A DNA stretch of 64,000 nt from an uncultured Christensenella sp. GTDB taxonomy: Bacteria > Bacillota > Clostridia > Christensenellales > DTU072. Under the pieces are notes generated by a model. The model saw only the letters and a program-made list of their open reading frames with translations. It made no database searches and was not told the origin of the DNA. The DNA lies in NCBI GenBank assembly GCA_949285605.1, contig CASDZI010000003.1, positions 42,586-106,585 on the forward strand. Reading direction: 5' to 3'. The position numbers and the translations under genes were made by a program. Shown here piece after piece: positions 48,295 to 57,942 of this stretch; the stretch's first letter is position 1; every line of letters begins with the position of its first letter.

Positions 48295-48666
48295 TTAACC
48301 GAAAATGGCGTCCAGTATGGCTTTGAAGGAAAAACTGAGAGCCGCTATGGCAATGGCGGTAATTATTCTTATCGCAAGTTTCCGCTGGCTGACTTTTTTG
48401 TCCCGAAGATAACTGATGCCGTTTTCTTTGAGCGTAATGATATACTTGACCTCTCCGTTAGGCGTTTTTGCGTGCTTATAATCGAAATAATTATCCAGTA
48501 CCAGCTGATTGAGAACTTCCTCTAAGTCCGACTCCTTGAACTCCACCCTGTAAGGTATCTGCGAAAGTATGTCCATGGGCGACAAAAGGCACTGACCGTT
48601 GGGAGAACGGCTGGCGTGACGGTAAATTATGTTCATAAGCACCTTTTCTTTTTTGCCCAAAACCAT
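48295..48666 (-). CDS. Hypothetical tail-anchored membrane protein (soluble ~95-aa N-domain, single C-terminal TM)
   Basis: This 123-aa protein ends in the hydrophobic C-terminus LAIRIITAIAIAALSFSFKAILDAIFG. It has the same architecture as the upstream neighbour. I recognise no family. Confidence 0.5.
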   Translation of the reverse strand: MVLGKKEKVLMNIIYRHASRSPNGQCLLSPMDILSQIPYRVEFKESDLEEVLNQLVLDNYFDYKHAKTPNGEVKYIITLKENGISYLRDKKVSQRKLAIRIITAIAIAALSFSFKAILDAIFG

Positions 48667-48668
48667 GA

Positions 48669-49091
48669 TTAAGCAAACCTCGCAAGTAAAAACGCTATTA
48701 TTGCGGCTATAAATCCCCCGCCGAAGGAGCTGCCCGCACAGATTAATGCCAGTTTTTTATAATCGAAAACGGGCTTGACGGGTTTATCCGCAACAAAGTC
48801 CGCTTCGGGCGATTCGTCGGGCAAAACCACCGGAACGGAGGCGTCCCGCTTGTTTTTTTCCGAAACGAGTTTTCCTTTGGGTAAAAGGGTAACGCAATAC
48901 AACCCTGCGTCGGAATAGAGAATGCTTATCATATCGTTGACTTCCAACGCTTCCATATTGCTGTCCAGTTCCTCCGAGGTAATGTCACCCGTGCGTTCGA
49001 GGAGCTCGCTTTTTTCCACGACGAGGTTTTCGCCCTCCACCGTCATGGAAGCGATGATTCCCAGTATCTTGAAAGCGTTTTTATCCAGCAT
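48669..49091 (-). CDS. Hypothetical tail-anchored membrane protein (paralogous in architecture to 48295..48666)
   Basis: This 140-aa protein has an N-terminal alpha/beta region that is possibly winged-helix-like, then a Pro/Asp linker, then LALICAGSSFGGGFIAAIIAFLLARFA. Confidence 0.5.
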   Translation of the reverse strand: MLDKNAFKILGIIASMTVEGENLVVEKSELLERTGDITSEELDSNMEALEVNDMISILYSDAGLYCVTLLPKGKLVSEKNKRDASVPVVLPDESPEADFVADKPVKPVFDYKKLALICAGSSFGGGFIAAIIAFLLARFA

Positions 49092-49114
49092 AATACTTCT
49101 CCTGCCGCAAATTC

Positions 49115-50839
49115 TTAAAGTTTCACTCGGGCGTTGATATCTTTAATGAGTTCCATATCGATCTTGACGACTTTGCGGTCGTAACTCAAAAGCCCGTTGC
49201 ACTCGTCTTCCACGTCGCTGACTTCTGTATAGACCGACGCCGCAAGCCCCTTGGGAATGTTGGCGATTATGCGTTTTTCGAAGAGCTTTTTATAGGCTTT
49301 CTCGAACTTTTCCTGTTCGTAAAATCTGCGGTACCCGAAGAATTTTTCCTTGTTATACATATGTCCTTTGGCTTGCAGACTGAGCCCGCCGAATTCGCTG
49401 AGCACCACGGGACGGGTGTCCTTAGGCACTTTTATGGGCGTGAAATAAATATGCAGACTCCGTAGATCGCCGCAACCCTGATCGTGCCAGCCGCTGGCAT
49501 GATCGATGATACGGGTGGAATCGAGTTTTTTGTAAAAATCGTAGGCATAGGCTGCGTCGAATTGTCCCCAGCCTTCGTTGAACGGCACCCATACCGACAG
49601 ACTTACCACGTTGTAAAGAGCTTTTACCATTCTCTCGGAATCAACGTAATACTCTCTCCTGCCGGCTTCGTCCTCTCTGGAAAACGCCTTATAATTGCTG
49701 TCGTCCATCATATTGCCGAGGAAAGGACGGATGCCTATGGTGCCGAACTTGTAAAGTCCGCCGCCGTTTATCATATCCTGCCATACCAGCATTCCCAGAC
49801 GGTCACAGTGGTAATACCAACGCATGGGTTCGATTTTTATGTGCTTTCTGAGCATATTGAAGCCCATATCCTTCATCGTCTGAATATCGTAAATCATGGC
49901 TTCGTCGGTGGGCGGAGTGTACATACCGTCGCTCCAGTAACCCTGGTCGAGAAGTCCGTTATGGAAATAAGGCTTATTGTTGAGCATCAGACGGGCAATG
50001 CCGTTCTCGTCCTTGCCTATCCCGAATTTCCTCATTCCGAAATAAGATCCGACTTTGTCGCAGGAAGTAGTGATCTCGAGGTCGTAAAGGTGGGGCGTCT
50101 CGGGACTCCAGAGCTTGAAATCGCCCATTTTTATCTCGGCTTTGCCGTTGACGGTATTCACGCTCGCCACCGCTTCGCCTCCGTCGTAAACGTCCAGTCT
50201 CGCATTCTCGACTTCTTCGGCAAAATCCAGCGTCACGTTCAGCACGCCTGCGTCTATATCGGGGGTAAGAGAAGCGGATTTAAGATAGTTTTTGCCGACT
50301 TGCTCTATCCACACCGTCTGCCATATCCCCGACTGCGGGGTGTACCAGATGCCCCCTCTCTTGGAAGACTGCTTGCCCCTCGCCTGGCTTCCCGTGTCGC
50401 TCGGGTCGGTCACCGTTACGGTTATCTCGTTTTCGCCGTCGTGAACGACGGAAGTAATTTCAAAGGTAAAGGGATAATAGCCGCCCTTGTTTTCTCCCAC
50501 CTTTTTACCGTTTACGCACACTTGGCAGAAATAATCCACCGCTCCGAAATGAAGCAGAACCCTGTCGGAAGTCTTTTTGAAATCGAATTTCCTGCAGTAA
50601 TACAGTACGTCGGTGGGTTTTACCACTCTTTCCACTCCCGAAAGAATGGTCTCCGGAGAGAAAGGCACCAGTATTTTGCCCTGATAACCGGCAAATTCCT
50701 GTTTGCGGTCGTAAATAGCGTAATCCCATTCCCCGTTGAGGTTCTGAAAACTGTCCCTCGCAAACTGAGGACGGGGATAATCGTTAAGAGGTAAAGTCTT
50801 GTCCATTTTTTCGCCGAAAACCGTCAATAATCTCTCCAT
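49115..50839 (-). CDS. Glycoside hydrolase family 2 protein (beta-galactosidase/beta-glucuronidase-like)
   Basis: It has the PLNDYPRPQFARDSFQNLNGEWDYA N-terminus, a sugar-binding, Ig-like and TIM-barrel order, and WVPFNEGWGQ (acid/base NE). An AGGAG RBS precedes the ATG at 50839. Confidence 0.8.
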   Translation of the reverse strand: MERLLTVFGEKMDKTLPLNDYPRPQFARDSFQNLNGEWDYAIYDRKQEFAGYQGKILVPFSPETILSGVERVVKPTDVLYYCRKFDFKKTSDRVLLHFGAVDYFCQVCVNGKKVGENKGGYYPFTFEITSVVHDGENEITVTVTDPSDTGSQARGKQSSKRGGIWYTPQSGIWQTVWIEQVGKNYLKSASLTPDIDAGVLNVTLDFAEEVENARLDVYDGGEAVASVNTVNGKAEIKMGDFKLWSPETPHLYDLEITTSCDKVGSYFGMRKFGIGKDENGIARLMLNNKPYFHNGLLDQGYWSDGMYTPPTDEAMIYDIQTMKDMGFNMLRKHIKIEPMRWYYHCDRLGMLVWQDMINGGGLYKFGTIGIRPFLGNMMDDSNYKAFSREDEAGRREYYVDSERMVKALYNVVSLSVWVPFNEGWGQFDAAYAYDFYKKLDSTRIIDHASGWHDQGCGDLRSLHIYFTPIKVPKDTRPVVLSEFGGLSLQAKGHMYNKEKFFGYRRFYEQEKFEKAYKKLFEKRIIANIPKGLAASVYTEVSDVEDECNGLLSYDRKVVKIDMELIKDINARVKL

Positions 50840-51017
50840 AATTTGCTCCTGTAAAAATATAATTCGACCACGGAAACCCGTAAACGTAGTAATATTATAT
50901 CATATATAAAAGTCTATTTCCAGTATTTTTAACAAACAAGTGAGCCTAAGCGAAATAAGACGTAAAATCCGCAAAAAGCACCTAAAACCGCCTTCGGACG
51001 GGATAAAAATCACACAT

Positions 51018-52244
51018 TCAGTTGGATTGACGGAAAAGCACCACGAATTCGGTAAACTCCCCTTCCTTGCTGTCCACGCCTATGGTTCCGCCGTGGGAAT
51101 CCACTATGGACTTGGCTATGGCAAGCCCCAGCCCGAAGCTGTTGGAAGCGGTATGCGCTTCGTCGGTACGGTAAAACCGATCGAAAAGTTTAGGAAGATT
51201 TTCCCTCGCTATGCCTGCTCCGGTGTTTTTTACTTTCAGGACCGCTTTCTTTCGGTCGCCCGATACGCTTACGGTGACCTTACCGCCTTCGTCGGTGTAT
51301 TTCAGAGCGTTCTCGGTAAGGATATAAATCAGCTTCTCTATCTGCGCTTCCACGCCGTTTATCATCACCGAACTCTTTATGTCGGTTTCAAAAGTGATAT
51401 TGTGCTCGAAAGCCAGCACCTCCGCCCCCAAAACCACACTTTCGGCTACCTCACTTAAGTTTACGGGAACCTTAATATCGTTATTTTTGCCGGACTCCAT
51501 TTTGGCGAGTTCCAGCATTTCGGTGACGAGATTGCTCATACGGCTGATTTGACCGTTGATGCTGTCCAGCCATTTCCGCTGCTCGGCGGTCAGACTTTCC
51601 CGTGAGGAATTGAGTATGCTTATGTCGGTGTTGATTATGGTAAGCGGCGTCTTAAGCTCGTGGGAGGCGTTAGCGACGAGTTCCTGCTGTTTGACGAAAG
51701 CTTTCTCTATAGGCGCCACGCTCTTTCTGGCGGAATTGAAAGAAAACAGCGTTATCGCAATCATTCCCAGCGAGCCGGCGATACACATTATTATCAGCAT
51801 GCTGCGCATATTCTCGAAGTCGACGGTGTAGTCGTAAATATATATAAACCGACCCAGAGCGTTTGTGCGATAAGCGTAAGCGGCGTAATTGCCGTTGATA
51901 CGCAAATTTCCGCTGTCGGACTCGTTCTCCAACACTTTTTCGATGATGGCTTTTATCGTGGATGCGTCGTAAAATCCTATATCGCTGAGAAAAACGGTAT
52001 TTTCGTTGTCGATGAAAATCGCAAGTGTATCCCTGCCCACGTCTTTTTTTATACCGTCCTCGTCGAGACTGCCGTTTATGAAATTGAAATAACTCGCCCC
52101 AACCATGGCGTTGAGTTTACTGTCGATGTCGTTGGAAAGCTTGGAAAGATTGTAAGAAAAAATAAGGGCAAGCACTATGACCAACATAACCCCCAAAGAA
52201 AGGCTTTGCTTAATGGCAAATCTTACCCTCAGTTGTTCGAACAT
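51018..52244 (-). CDS. Sensor histidine kinase (two TM, periplasmic-type loop, HisKA plus HATPase_c)
   Basis: The H-box is ANASHELKTPLT. The N/G boxes are ENALKYT and GLGLAIAKSIV. A TAATG overlap joins it to the response regulator gene. Confidence 0.9.
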   Translation of the reverse strand: MFEQLRVRFAIKQSLSLGVMLVIVLALIFSYNLSKLSNDIDSKLNAMVGASYFNFINGSLDEDGIKKDVGRDTLAIFIDNENTVFLSDIGFYDASTIKAIIEKVLENESDSGNLRINGNYAAYAYRTNALGRFIYIYDYTVDFENMRSMLIIMCIAGSLGMIAITLFSFNSARKSVAPIEKAFVKQQELVANASHELKTPLTIINTDISILNSSRESLTAEQRKWLDSINGQISRMSNLVTEMLELAKMESGKNNDIKVPVNLSEVAESVVLGAEVLAFEHNITFETDIKSSVMINGVEAQIEKLIYILTENALKYTDEGGKVTVSVSGDRKKAVLKVKNTGAGIARENLPKLFDRFYRTDEAHTASNSFGLGLAIAKSIVDSHGGTIGVDSKEGEFTEFVVLFRQSN

Positions 52245-52915
52245 TATTCCTCCAGCCGATACCCTACCCCTCTGACCGTGGAAATGGTAACTTTGGAGCC
52301 TAAGAAACTCAGTTTTTTTCTGATGAAAGAAATGTAAACTTCTATATTGTTGTATTCCGCTTCGGTGTCGTACCCCCAGAGTTTGACTATGAGCTCGTCT
52401 TTAGTGACCACGAAACTCGGTCTTTCCAGAAAGTATTGCAATATTTCGCTTTCTTTGAGGGCGACCCTCACCTTCTTGTCTCCGCAGATAAGTTCGAAAC
52501 TGGATACGTTGTATTCCAGATCTCCGAAGCGAAGAACGTTTTCGCTTATCAAGTTGGCTTTTCTGCGGCTCAACGCCCTGATACGGGCGAGAAGTTCGGG
52601 CGTGGAAAAAGGTTTGGCGAGGTAATCGTCTGCGCCGAGATCCAACCCTTTCACCTTTTCCGCCACCTGTCCCCTTGCCGTCAAAACCAGCACCGGGGTG
52701 GTTATCTTCTCCTTGCGTAAGTTCGCAAGAACGTCGTATCCGTTCATTTTTGGCAACATTATGTCCAGCAGAATGATGTCGTACCGACCCGTCAATGCGT
52801 AATTGAGTCCGCTTTCGCCGTCGTAAACGGCGTCCACTATATATTTTTCCTTTTTCAGGATATGCACCAACGCTTCCGATAAACTGACTTCGTCTTCCAC
52901 CAAAAGTATGTTCAT
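52244..52915 (-). CDS. OmpR/PhoB-family response regulator
   Basis: It has a receiver domain (ILLVEDE...DIILLDIMLP) and a winged-helix domain (LELICGDKKVRVALKESEILQYF...TVRGVGYRLE). Confidence 0.92.
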   Translation of the reverse strand: MNILLVEDEVSLSEALVHILKKEKYIVDAVYDGESGLNYALTGRYDIILLDIMLPKMNGYDVLANLRKEKITTPVLVLTARGQVAEKVKGLDLGADDYLAKPFSTPELLARIRALSRRKANLISENVLRFGDLEYNVSSFELICGDKKVRVALKESEILQYFLERPSFVVTKDELIVKLWGYDTEAEYNNIEVYISFIRKKLSFLGSKVTISTVRGVGYRLEE

Positions 52916-52966
52916 TCCGTTTGCCTCCGTTTTCCGATTTCCTTTTTCAGTATATAAGCCGTAACT

Positions 52967-52984
52967 TAAATTAAATTTAATTTA
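52967..52984. repeat. Perfect 18-bp AT palindrome upstream of the two-component operon
   Basis: TAAATTAAATTTAATTTA is its own reverse complement. It lies 50-70 nt upstream of the response regulator start codon. A related TTAAGATTAATTTAAG occurs at 53043..53058. Confidence 0.5.
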
Positions 52985-53103
52985 CCCCTTTTACCGAAAA
53001 GAAATTCTTCCTCATAACCTCACGAAAAAAAATTTTATCCCGTTAAGATTAATTTAAGTATGTTTTTTTAAGATAAAGGTAGCCTAATTAATAATATTTA
53101 CTC

Positions 53104-53145
53104 GGAAAAAGTCCTGTGCTTCTCCCTTGGCACAGGGCTTTTTCC
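53104..53145. terminator. Bidirectional intrinsic terminator after the metallophosphoesterase gene
   Basis: AAAAAGTCCTGTGC-N10-GCACAGGGCTTTTT. Confidence 0.75.
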
Positions 53146-53151
53146 GTTCGG

Positions 53152-54936
53152 TCATAATCTGTTGTTTATTTTGACGTAAAAGAAGTTATCGGACGGGTAA
53201 GGGTCTTTCTTCATTTCGTAAGCGTAGCGGTCGAACACAGCGTTCAGCAAGCCCCGGACGTCTATGTCGTACAGCCCGAAATAATCGGTCACGCCCGTCA
53301 GATAACCAAAAGTCAGTCCTTCTATGAGGCCGGAGTAAGTCTTAACTAAAGAAAAATCATTTTTTATAATTCCGAGAGCGCTTCCCAACGTGCCTGAAGA
53401 TCCGAAAGCTTCCAGTACGAAAGGCACGAGATTGCTTTCGTAACACTCCAGCTTCCCTTCGGAAAAGAGTTTTTCCACGTCGAGATCTATGACGGGGGCG
53501 TCGGGGAAGGCTGCCGCCAGTTCCGCCGAACAGGCGTCGAGGTTATAAATTATTCCGTAAAAAATGTAGGTAAGAAGCTCCGTCTCTCCCGTTTCGCCCA
53601 TATTCTCGTCCCCTGCGAGAATATTTTTGAGCACGGCTTTTATAACGTCCGAGCCGTATTTATATTTACCGGAAGGCAGCTCCTTGTCAAATCCGTTCAC
53701 TATCCTCTCCAACGAAACCTCTCCGTCCTTTTCGTCCTCAGTATATAACGGAGCCGAAAGCGTTTTCAAAACCGCCCCGGGAATAATGATTTTCAGAATA
53801 TTTGCCGACGCATCGTCCCCTCTCAGGTATTTGCCGAGGTAGCCGTTCTCGCTGCCGAGATCGGCTAATATGCGTCCTATATAGCCGTCGAAATGCTCTT
53901 CCACATAGGCGTGATAACCGTTTTCCGACAGAAACGCTCTCTCTTCTTCGGTGGCGTACGAGGGCAGATATGAGGGATCGACGTAGTCTATGTACGACGT
54001 ATCGATCTTCAGATCGTTGGCGGTTATCGTAACTTTACGGTATGCCGCCGGGAAACAGACGGTGGAGGAAATACCCACGTCGAAAAATTCGTTCCCCTTT
54101 GCCGTGGTTATCATTTTGATGTCCTGCGTGTGCATATGCCCGGTAAAGACGAAATTCGCCCCGAGGTCCGCATACAGTTCGGCAAGCTCCGCATATTTTT
54201 TTACCATACTCTGATCTTCCAACAACCCCGCTGCGTGAGGGAGATGGTTCATAAAGGGCTTATGGCACATTATTACGGGTTGCTTCCCTGCCGAAACTGC
54301 GGCCTTGACCTGTTCCGTCACCCATTCGGTATGCAAAGGACTGAGTTCCTCTTTCAGTACTTCCACCCCTGCGGAGTCGTATGAGGATACGTAGGAAATA
54401 TTGTCTATGGCTATCAGGCGGTAATATTTGCCCAAATCGGCGGTATAACTCAACGTCCCGGGAAAAGTACTCAACGCTCCGTCGTACCCGAAGGGAGCGT
54501 ATATTTCTTTGAAAAGGGCGGCGGTGGCGTATTTACCGCTGTCGTCGTAAGCGTAAGGTATGTCGTGGTTCCCGTTTATAACGTAAACTTCCGTCCCCGA
54601 ATCGGCTATTCTGTGCAAAATTTCGGCATAGCGGCGATGACTTGTAAGATCCCCCTGCTCGGTAAGGTCGCCGGTTATCAAAAGATATTTTACGCCCGAC
54701 TCGATCACTTCGTCGGCAAAACTCTCCATTACCGCTTCGCTGAAATGCACCGCTTTGCTCTGCGCCGACATCACGGGATAATTATCTTCGTTCAAAAGCG
54801 CTTCGGCGTAGAGATGAGTATCGGAAACGAATGCGAATTCTATCCTTTCTTCGATAAATTCCCCCGTACAGACTGCCGCAACGGCGACTACCCCTATTAA
54901 AGCGAAAACTGCGAGAAAAATAAATAATTTCTTCAT
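53152..54936 (-). CDS. Calcineurin-like metallophosphoesterase with N-terminal signal/anchor and large C-terminal extension
   Basis: FVSDTHL, ITGDLTEQGD, INGNHD and FTGHMH motifs are present. The N-terminal hydrophobic segment is LFIFLAVFALIGVVAVAAV. The product is 594 aa. Confidence 0.8.
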   Translation of the reverse strand: MKKLFIFLAVFALIGVVAVAAVCTGEFIEERIEFAFVSDTHLYAEALLNEDNYPVMSAQSKAVHFSEAVMESFADEVIESGVKYLLITGDLTEQGDLTSHRRYAEILHRIADSGTEVYVINGNHDIPYAYDDSGKYATAALFKEIYAPFGYDGALSTFPGTLSYTADLGKYYRLIAIDNISYVSSYDSAGVEVLKEELSPLHTEWVTEQVKAAVSAGKQPVIMCHKPFMNHLPHAAGLLEDQSMVKKYAELAELYADLGANFVFTGHMHTQDIKMITTAKGNEFFDVGISSTVCFPAAYRKVTITANDLKIDTSYIDYVDPSYLPSYATEEERAFLSENGYHAYVEEHFDGYIGRILADLGSENGYLGKYLRGDDASANILKIIIPGAVLKTLSAPLYTEDEKDGEVSLERIVNGFDKELPSGKYKYGSDVIKAVLKNILAGDENMGETGETELLTYIFYGIIYNLDACSAELAAAFPDAPVIDLDVEKLFSEGKLECYESNLVPFVLEAFGSSGTLGSALGIIKNDFSLVKTYSGLIEGLTFGYLTGVTDYFGLYDIDVRGLLNAVFDRYAYEMKKDPYPSDNFFYVKINNRL

Positions 54937-55050
54937 TGGAGCCCCTGATAATATTTATATATAAATTATACTATTAAGGATAAAAAAAGTCCATACCGAA
55001 TTTTACGGACAAAAAATAACCTTTCCCATTACGAAAATCCCCTTATATCG

Positions 55051-55079
55051 TTGACAAAAGCACGGAAATTGACTAAAAT
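55051..55079 (+). promoter_or_regulatory. Promoter of the amidohydrolase gene
   Basis: TTGACA (55051..55056), a 17-nt spacer, then TAAAAT (55074..55079). A GGAGG RBS precedes the ATG at 55109. Confidence 0.6.
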
Positions 55080-55108
55080 TTCCTATGAAAACGGAGGCAG
55101 AATAACCT

Positions 55109-55915
55109 ATGTACAAAGGCGATATAATCGATATGCACGCTCATATTTATCCGCAGAAAATAGCGGACAAAGCGGTGCACAGCATAGAAAACTTTTACGA
55201 CATCTACGCAGAAGGCAACGGGACTCCGGCTATGCTCGTGGAAAACGGCAGCCGTTACAACGTCAAGACCTTCCTCGTCCACTCCACCGCCACCAAGGTG
55301 GAACAGGTAACTCACATAAACGATTTTATTCTTGCCCAGTTGCAGATCTACCCGTGTTTCGTGGGATACGGGACGCTTCATTACGGAATGAGCGGAGAAG
55401 AGATCCTCAAGGAGACCGAACGTATAGCCGCTGCCGGCATCTCGGGCGTAAAACTCCACCCCGACTGTCAGCATTTCGTCATCGACGATCCGATAATGGA
55501 CAATATATATTCTGCTTGCAGAGACCACGGACTGCCCATACTTATCCATACCGGCGACCGCCGTTACACCAATTCCCGTCCCGAGCGTCTCGCCGCCACC
55601 GCAAGACGTTTCCCCAACCTGAAATTCATCGCCGCCCACTTCGGCGGATACAGCTGCTGGGACAGCGTGAAATGTTACGAGGGTTGCGATAACGTCTGGT
55701 TCGACACCTCCAGTTCGCTTTTCAAACTGCCCGTCGAGCAGGCCATGGAACTCATCGAGTTCTTCGGACCGGAAAGATATTTCTTCGGGACCGATTATCC
55801 TCTGTTCGGTTACGAAAAAGAAATAGCGAGGTTCTTCTCCCTTCCCCTCGACGACGAAAGACAGCAACTTATCCTGCACGACAACGCCACCGCTTTTCTC
55901 GGGCTCGGGCAATGA
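55109..55915 (+). CDS. Amidohydrolase-2 family metal-dependent hydrolase (TIM barrel)
   Basis: The IIDMHAHIYP HxH motif, VKLHP, ILIHTGD and FGTDYP are present in a 268-aa protein. Confidence 0.8.
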   Translation: MYKGDIIDMHAHIYPQKIADKAVHSIENFYDIYAEGNGTPAMLVENGSRYNVKTFLVHSTATKVEQVTHINDFILAQLQIYPCFVGYGTLHYGMSGEEILKETERIAAAGISGVKLHPDCQHFVIDDPIMDNIYSACRDHGLPILIHTGDRRYTNSRPERLAATARRFPNLKFIAAHFGGYSCWDSVKCYEGCDNVWFDTSSSLFKLPVEQAMELIEFFGPERYFFGTDYPLFGYEKEIARFFSLPLDDERQQLILHDNATAFLGLGQ

Positions 55916-55931
55916 ATAACCTTTCGGAAAT

Positions 55932-55966
55932 AAAAAAACGGCGGTCGCAGCAATGCGACCGCTTTT
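55932..55966. terminator. Bidirectional intrinsic terminator between the amidohydrolase and hydrogenase genes
   Basis: AAAAAAACG-GCGGTCGCA-GCAA-TGCGACCGC-TTTT. Confidence 0.85.
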
Positions 55967-55992
55967 AATTACGTCCTTTACCCCGTCCGAAA

Positions 55993-57414
55993 CTATTTCA
56001 ACAGACTTATGGCGTCTTTGATGGTCTTTTCCATCGCCTCTTTCCCGTATTTATCCACTTCGGCTTTATTCTTTTCGCCGTGGGTGAGACAACCCGCTCC
56101 GCCGATACAGCCGTTCACGCACGCCATACCCTCGATAAAGTTGGCTCCCAAAACGTTTTTGGAGGCTTTCAGCAATGCGAATTTGCACTGCTCTATCCCG
56201 TCGCAGGAAACGGGCTTGACCTCGAAGTCGCTCCCGTGTTCTTTCATCGCCTGTTTGACCGCGTCGGTAAGCCCTCCGCTGCGGGCGAATATTCTGCCGA
56301 AATAAGAGGCGTTGTCGAGGACGTCCTCTTCGAGAGTGGTAATATCCAGATCCCTGCTGTCGAACAACGCCTGCAATTCCTCGAAGGTGAGCACGCTGTC
56401 TATCCAGGGATGCACTTCGGGTTTCTTGAATTCCATTTTCTTGGCGGTACAAGGCCCGATAAAGACGATTTTTGCGTCGGGCGTGGTTTCCTTTATATAT
56501 TTTGCGATGGTCGCCATAGGCGAAAGATTGTGCGAGATATGCTTGACCATATCGGGGAACTTCTTGTGAATGTAATCAACGAACGCAGGACAACAGGAAC
56601 TGGTCAGGAAGCCCTTTTCCTCCAGCTCTCTCGCCTCGTTGTCCGCCACCATGTCCGCCCCGAGCGCCGCTTCCACCACGCTGAAAAATCCGAGTTTCTT
56701 TATGCCCGTGATGACCTGTCCGAGTTTTGCGTAAGTGAACTGGCTGGAAATGGACGGAGCCACCACCGCATAAAGACGGAACTTGGTGTTGTTTTCACTC
56801 TTCTTAATCATATCTATGACGTTCAGGATATAGCTCTTGTCCATGATCGCCCCGAAAGGACATTGATAGACGCAAGCTCCGCAGGCAATACATTTTTCGT
56901 TGGAGATTTTCGCAGACTTGTCGTCGTTCATACTTATGGCTCCCACTTTGCAGGCGTTTTCGCAAGGACGCTTGTAATTGGCTATTGCGCTGTAAGGACA
57001 GACTTTTGCGCACATTCCGCATTCCACGCACTTGGTCTTGTCGATGTGGGCTTTCTGGTTGCGGTCGAAAGTTATCGCCCCTTTGCGGCAGACTTCTTCG
57101 CACCTGTGGGCGATACAGCCTCGACAGGCATTGGTCACTTCGTATCCGCCCATAGGACACTCGTCGCAGGCTATGTCGATGACTTCTATCACGTTGGGAT
57201 TGGAACTGTCTCCGCCCATGGCGAGCTTCACCCTCTCCGAAAGAATAGCCCTTTCCTTGTAGACGCAACAACGCATGGTAGGCTCTTTCCCCGAAACGAT
57301 CTTTTTGGGAATATCGTTTACGTTTTCCAAAAGTTTGTCGTCGAAAGCCGCACGAGCCACCTCTCGCAAAACTTTATATTTGAGATACTGGACTTTGGTA
57401 TCGAATTTTCTCAT
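55993..57414 (-). CDS. Monomeric [FeFe] hydrogenase (catalytic type)
   Basis: Several ferredoxin-type Cys clusters are present (CVECGMCAKVCP, CIACGACVYQCP). The H-cluster motifs appear canonical: TSSCCPAF, GPCTAKKME and EGMACVNGCIGGAGC. Confidence 0.85.
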   Translation of the reverse strand: MRKFDTKVQYLKYKVLREVARAAFDDKLLENVNDIPKKIVSGKEPTMRCCVYKERAILSERVKLAMGGDSSNPNVIEVIDIACDECPMGGYEVTNACRGCIAHRCEEVCRKGAITFDRNQKAHIDKTKCVECGMCAKVCPYSAIANYKRPCENACKVGAISMNDDKSAKISNEKCIACGACVYQCPFGAIMDKSYILNVIDMIKKSENNTKFRLYAVVAPSISSQFTYAKLGQVITGIKKLGFFSVVEAALGADMVADNEARELEEKGFLTSSCCPAFVDYIHKKFPDMVKHISHNLSPMATIAKYIKETTPDAKIVFIGPCTAKKMEFKKPEVHPWIDSVLTFEELQALFDSRDLDITTLEEDVLDNASYFGRIFARSGGLTDAVKQAMKEHGSDFEVKPVSCDGIEQCKFALLKASKNVLGANFIEGMACVNGCIGGAGCLTHGEKNKAEVDKYGKEAMEKTIKDAISLLK

Positions 57415-57941
57415 TATAGACCTCTTTTTTCAAGTATTTTTCCTTCAAGATTTTTAAGATAAAGAGTTGTTCCGTCCAACAGAAGATAACTCTTTTCCGA
57501 ATTGTTTTTAGGTAGCGACACGCTCCCGGGATTTGCTACCACGACGCCGTCTTTTTCGGATATGAATCCGTAATGGAAGTGTCCGTAAAATACTGCGTCG
57601 CACCCCGAGGGCAGGTTGTCGAGATTATAAACGTGTCCGTGCGTGAGAAAAATCTTTTTTCCCGTGAACAGATATGCGTCCTCTGCGAAACGGAACGTGC
57701 TTATCATTTCGTCCACCTCGCTGTCGCAGTTACCTTTGACGACGATGAGGTCCTTTCTCCCGTTCAGCAAAGCCGCCACGCCCTTGGGGTCGTAACGGTC
57801 GGGAAGCGGATTCCTCGGGCCGTGATAATATATATCCCCGAGCAGAACCATCTGTTCCGCACCTTCCCTTTCCGCCGCTTTCAGCAACGCTTCCGCAGCG
57901 GTCAAAGATCCGTGTATATCGCTTGCAATTATTATTTTCAT
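57414..57941 (-). CDS. yfcE: YfcE/MJ0936-family phosphodiesterase
   Basis: MKIIIASDIHGS, LGDIYYHGPRN, VKGNCD, LTHGH and GHFH motifs are present in a 175-aa protein. Confidence 0.8.
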   Translation of the reverse strand: MKIIIASDIHGSLTAAEALLKAAEREGAEQMVLLGDIYYHGPRNPLPDRYDPKGVAALLNGRKDLIVVKGNCDSEVDEMISTFRFAEDAYLFTGKKIFLTHGHVYNLDNLPSGCDAVFYGHFHYGFISEKDGVVVANPGSVSLPKNNSEKSYLLLDGTTLYLKNLEGKILEKRGL

Positions 57942-57942
57942 A

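Noticed and set aside
50840-51017. A possible terminator after the histidine kinase gene, or a small RNA, in the 178-bp spacer.
   Set aside because: It contains only a weak, mismatched hairpin (CCCGTCCGAAGGCGG) followed by a short U-run on the minus strand. There is no convincing promoter-plus-terminator pair for an independent RNA.
55051-55692. A 213-aa plus-strand ORF overlapping the start of the amidohydrolase gene in another frame.
   Set aside because: It is Arg/Pro/Ser-rich and motif-free. The 55109 frame has the HxH metal motif, a GGAGG RBS and a promoter at the right distance.
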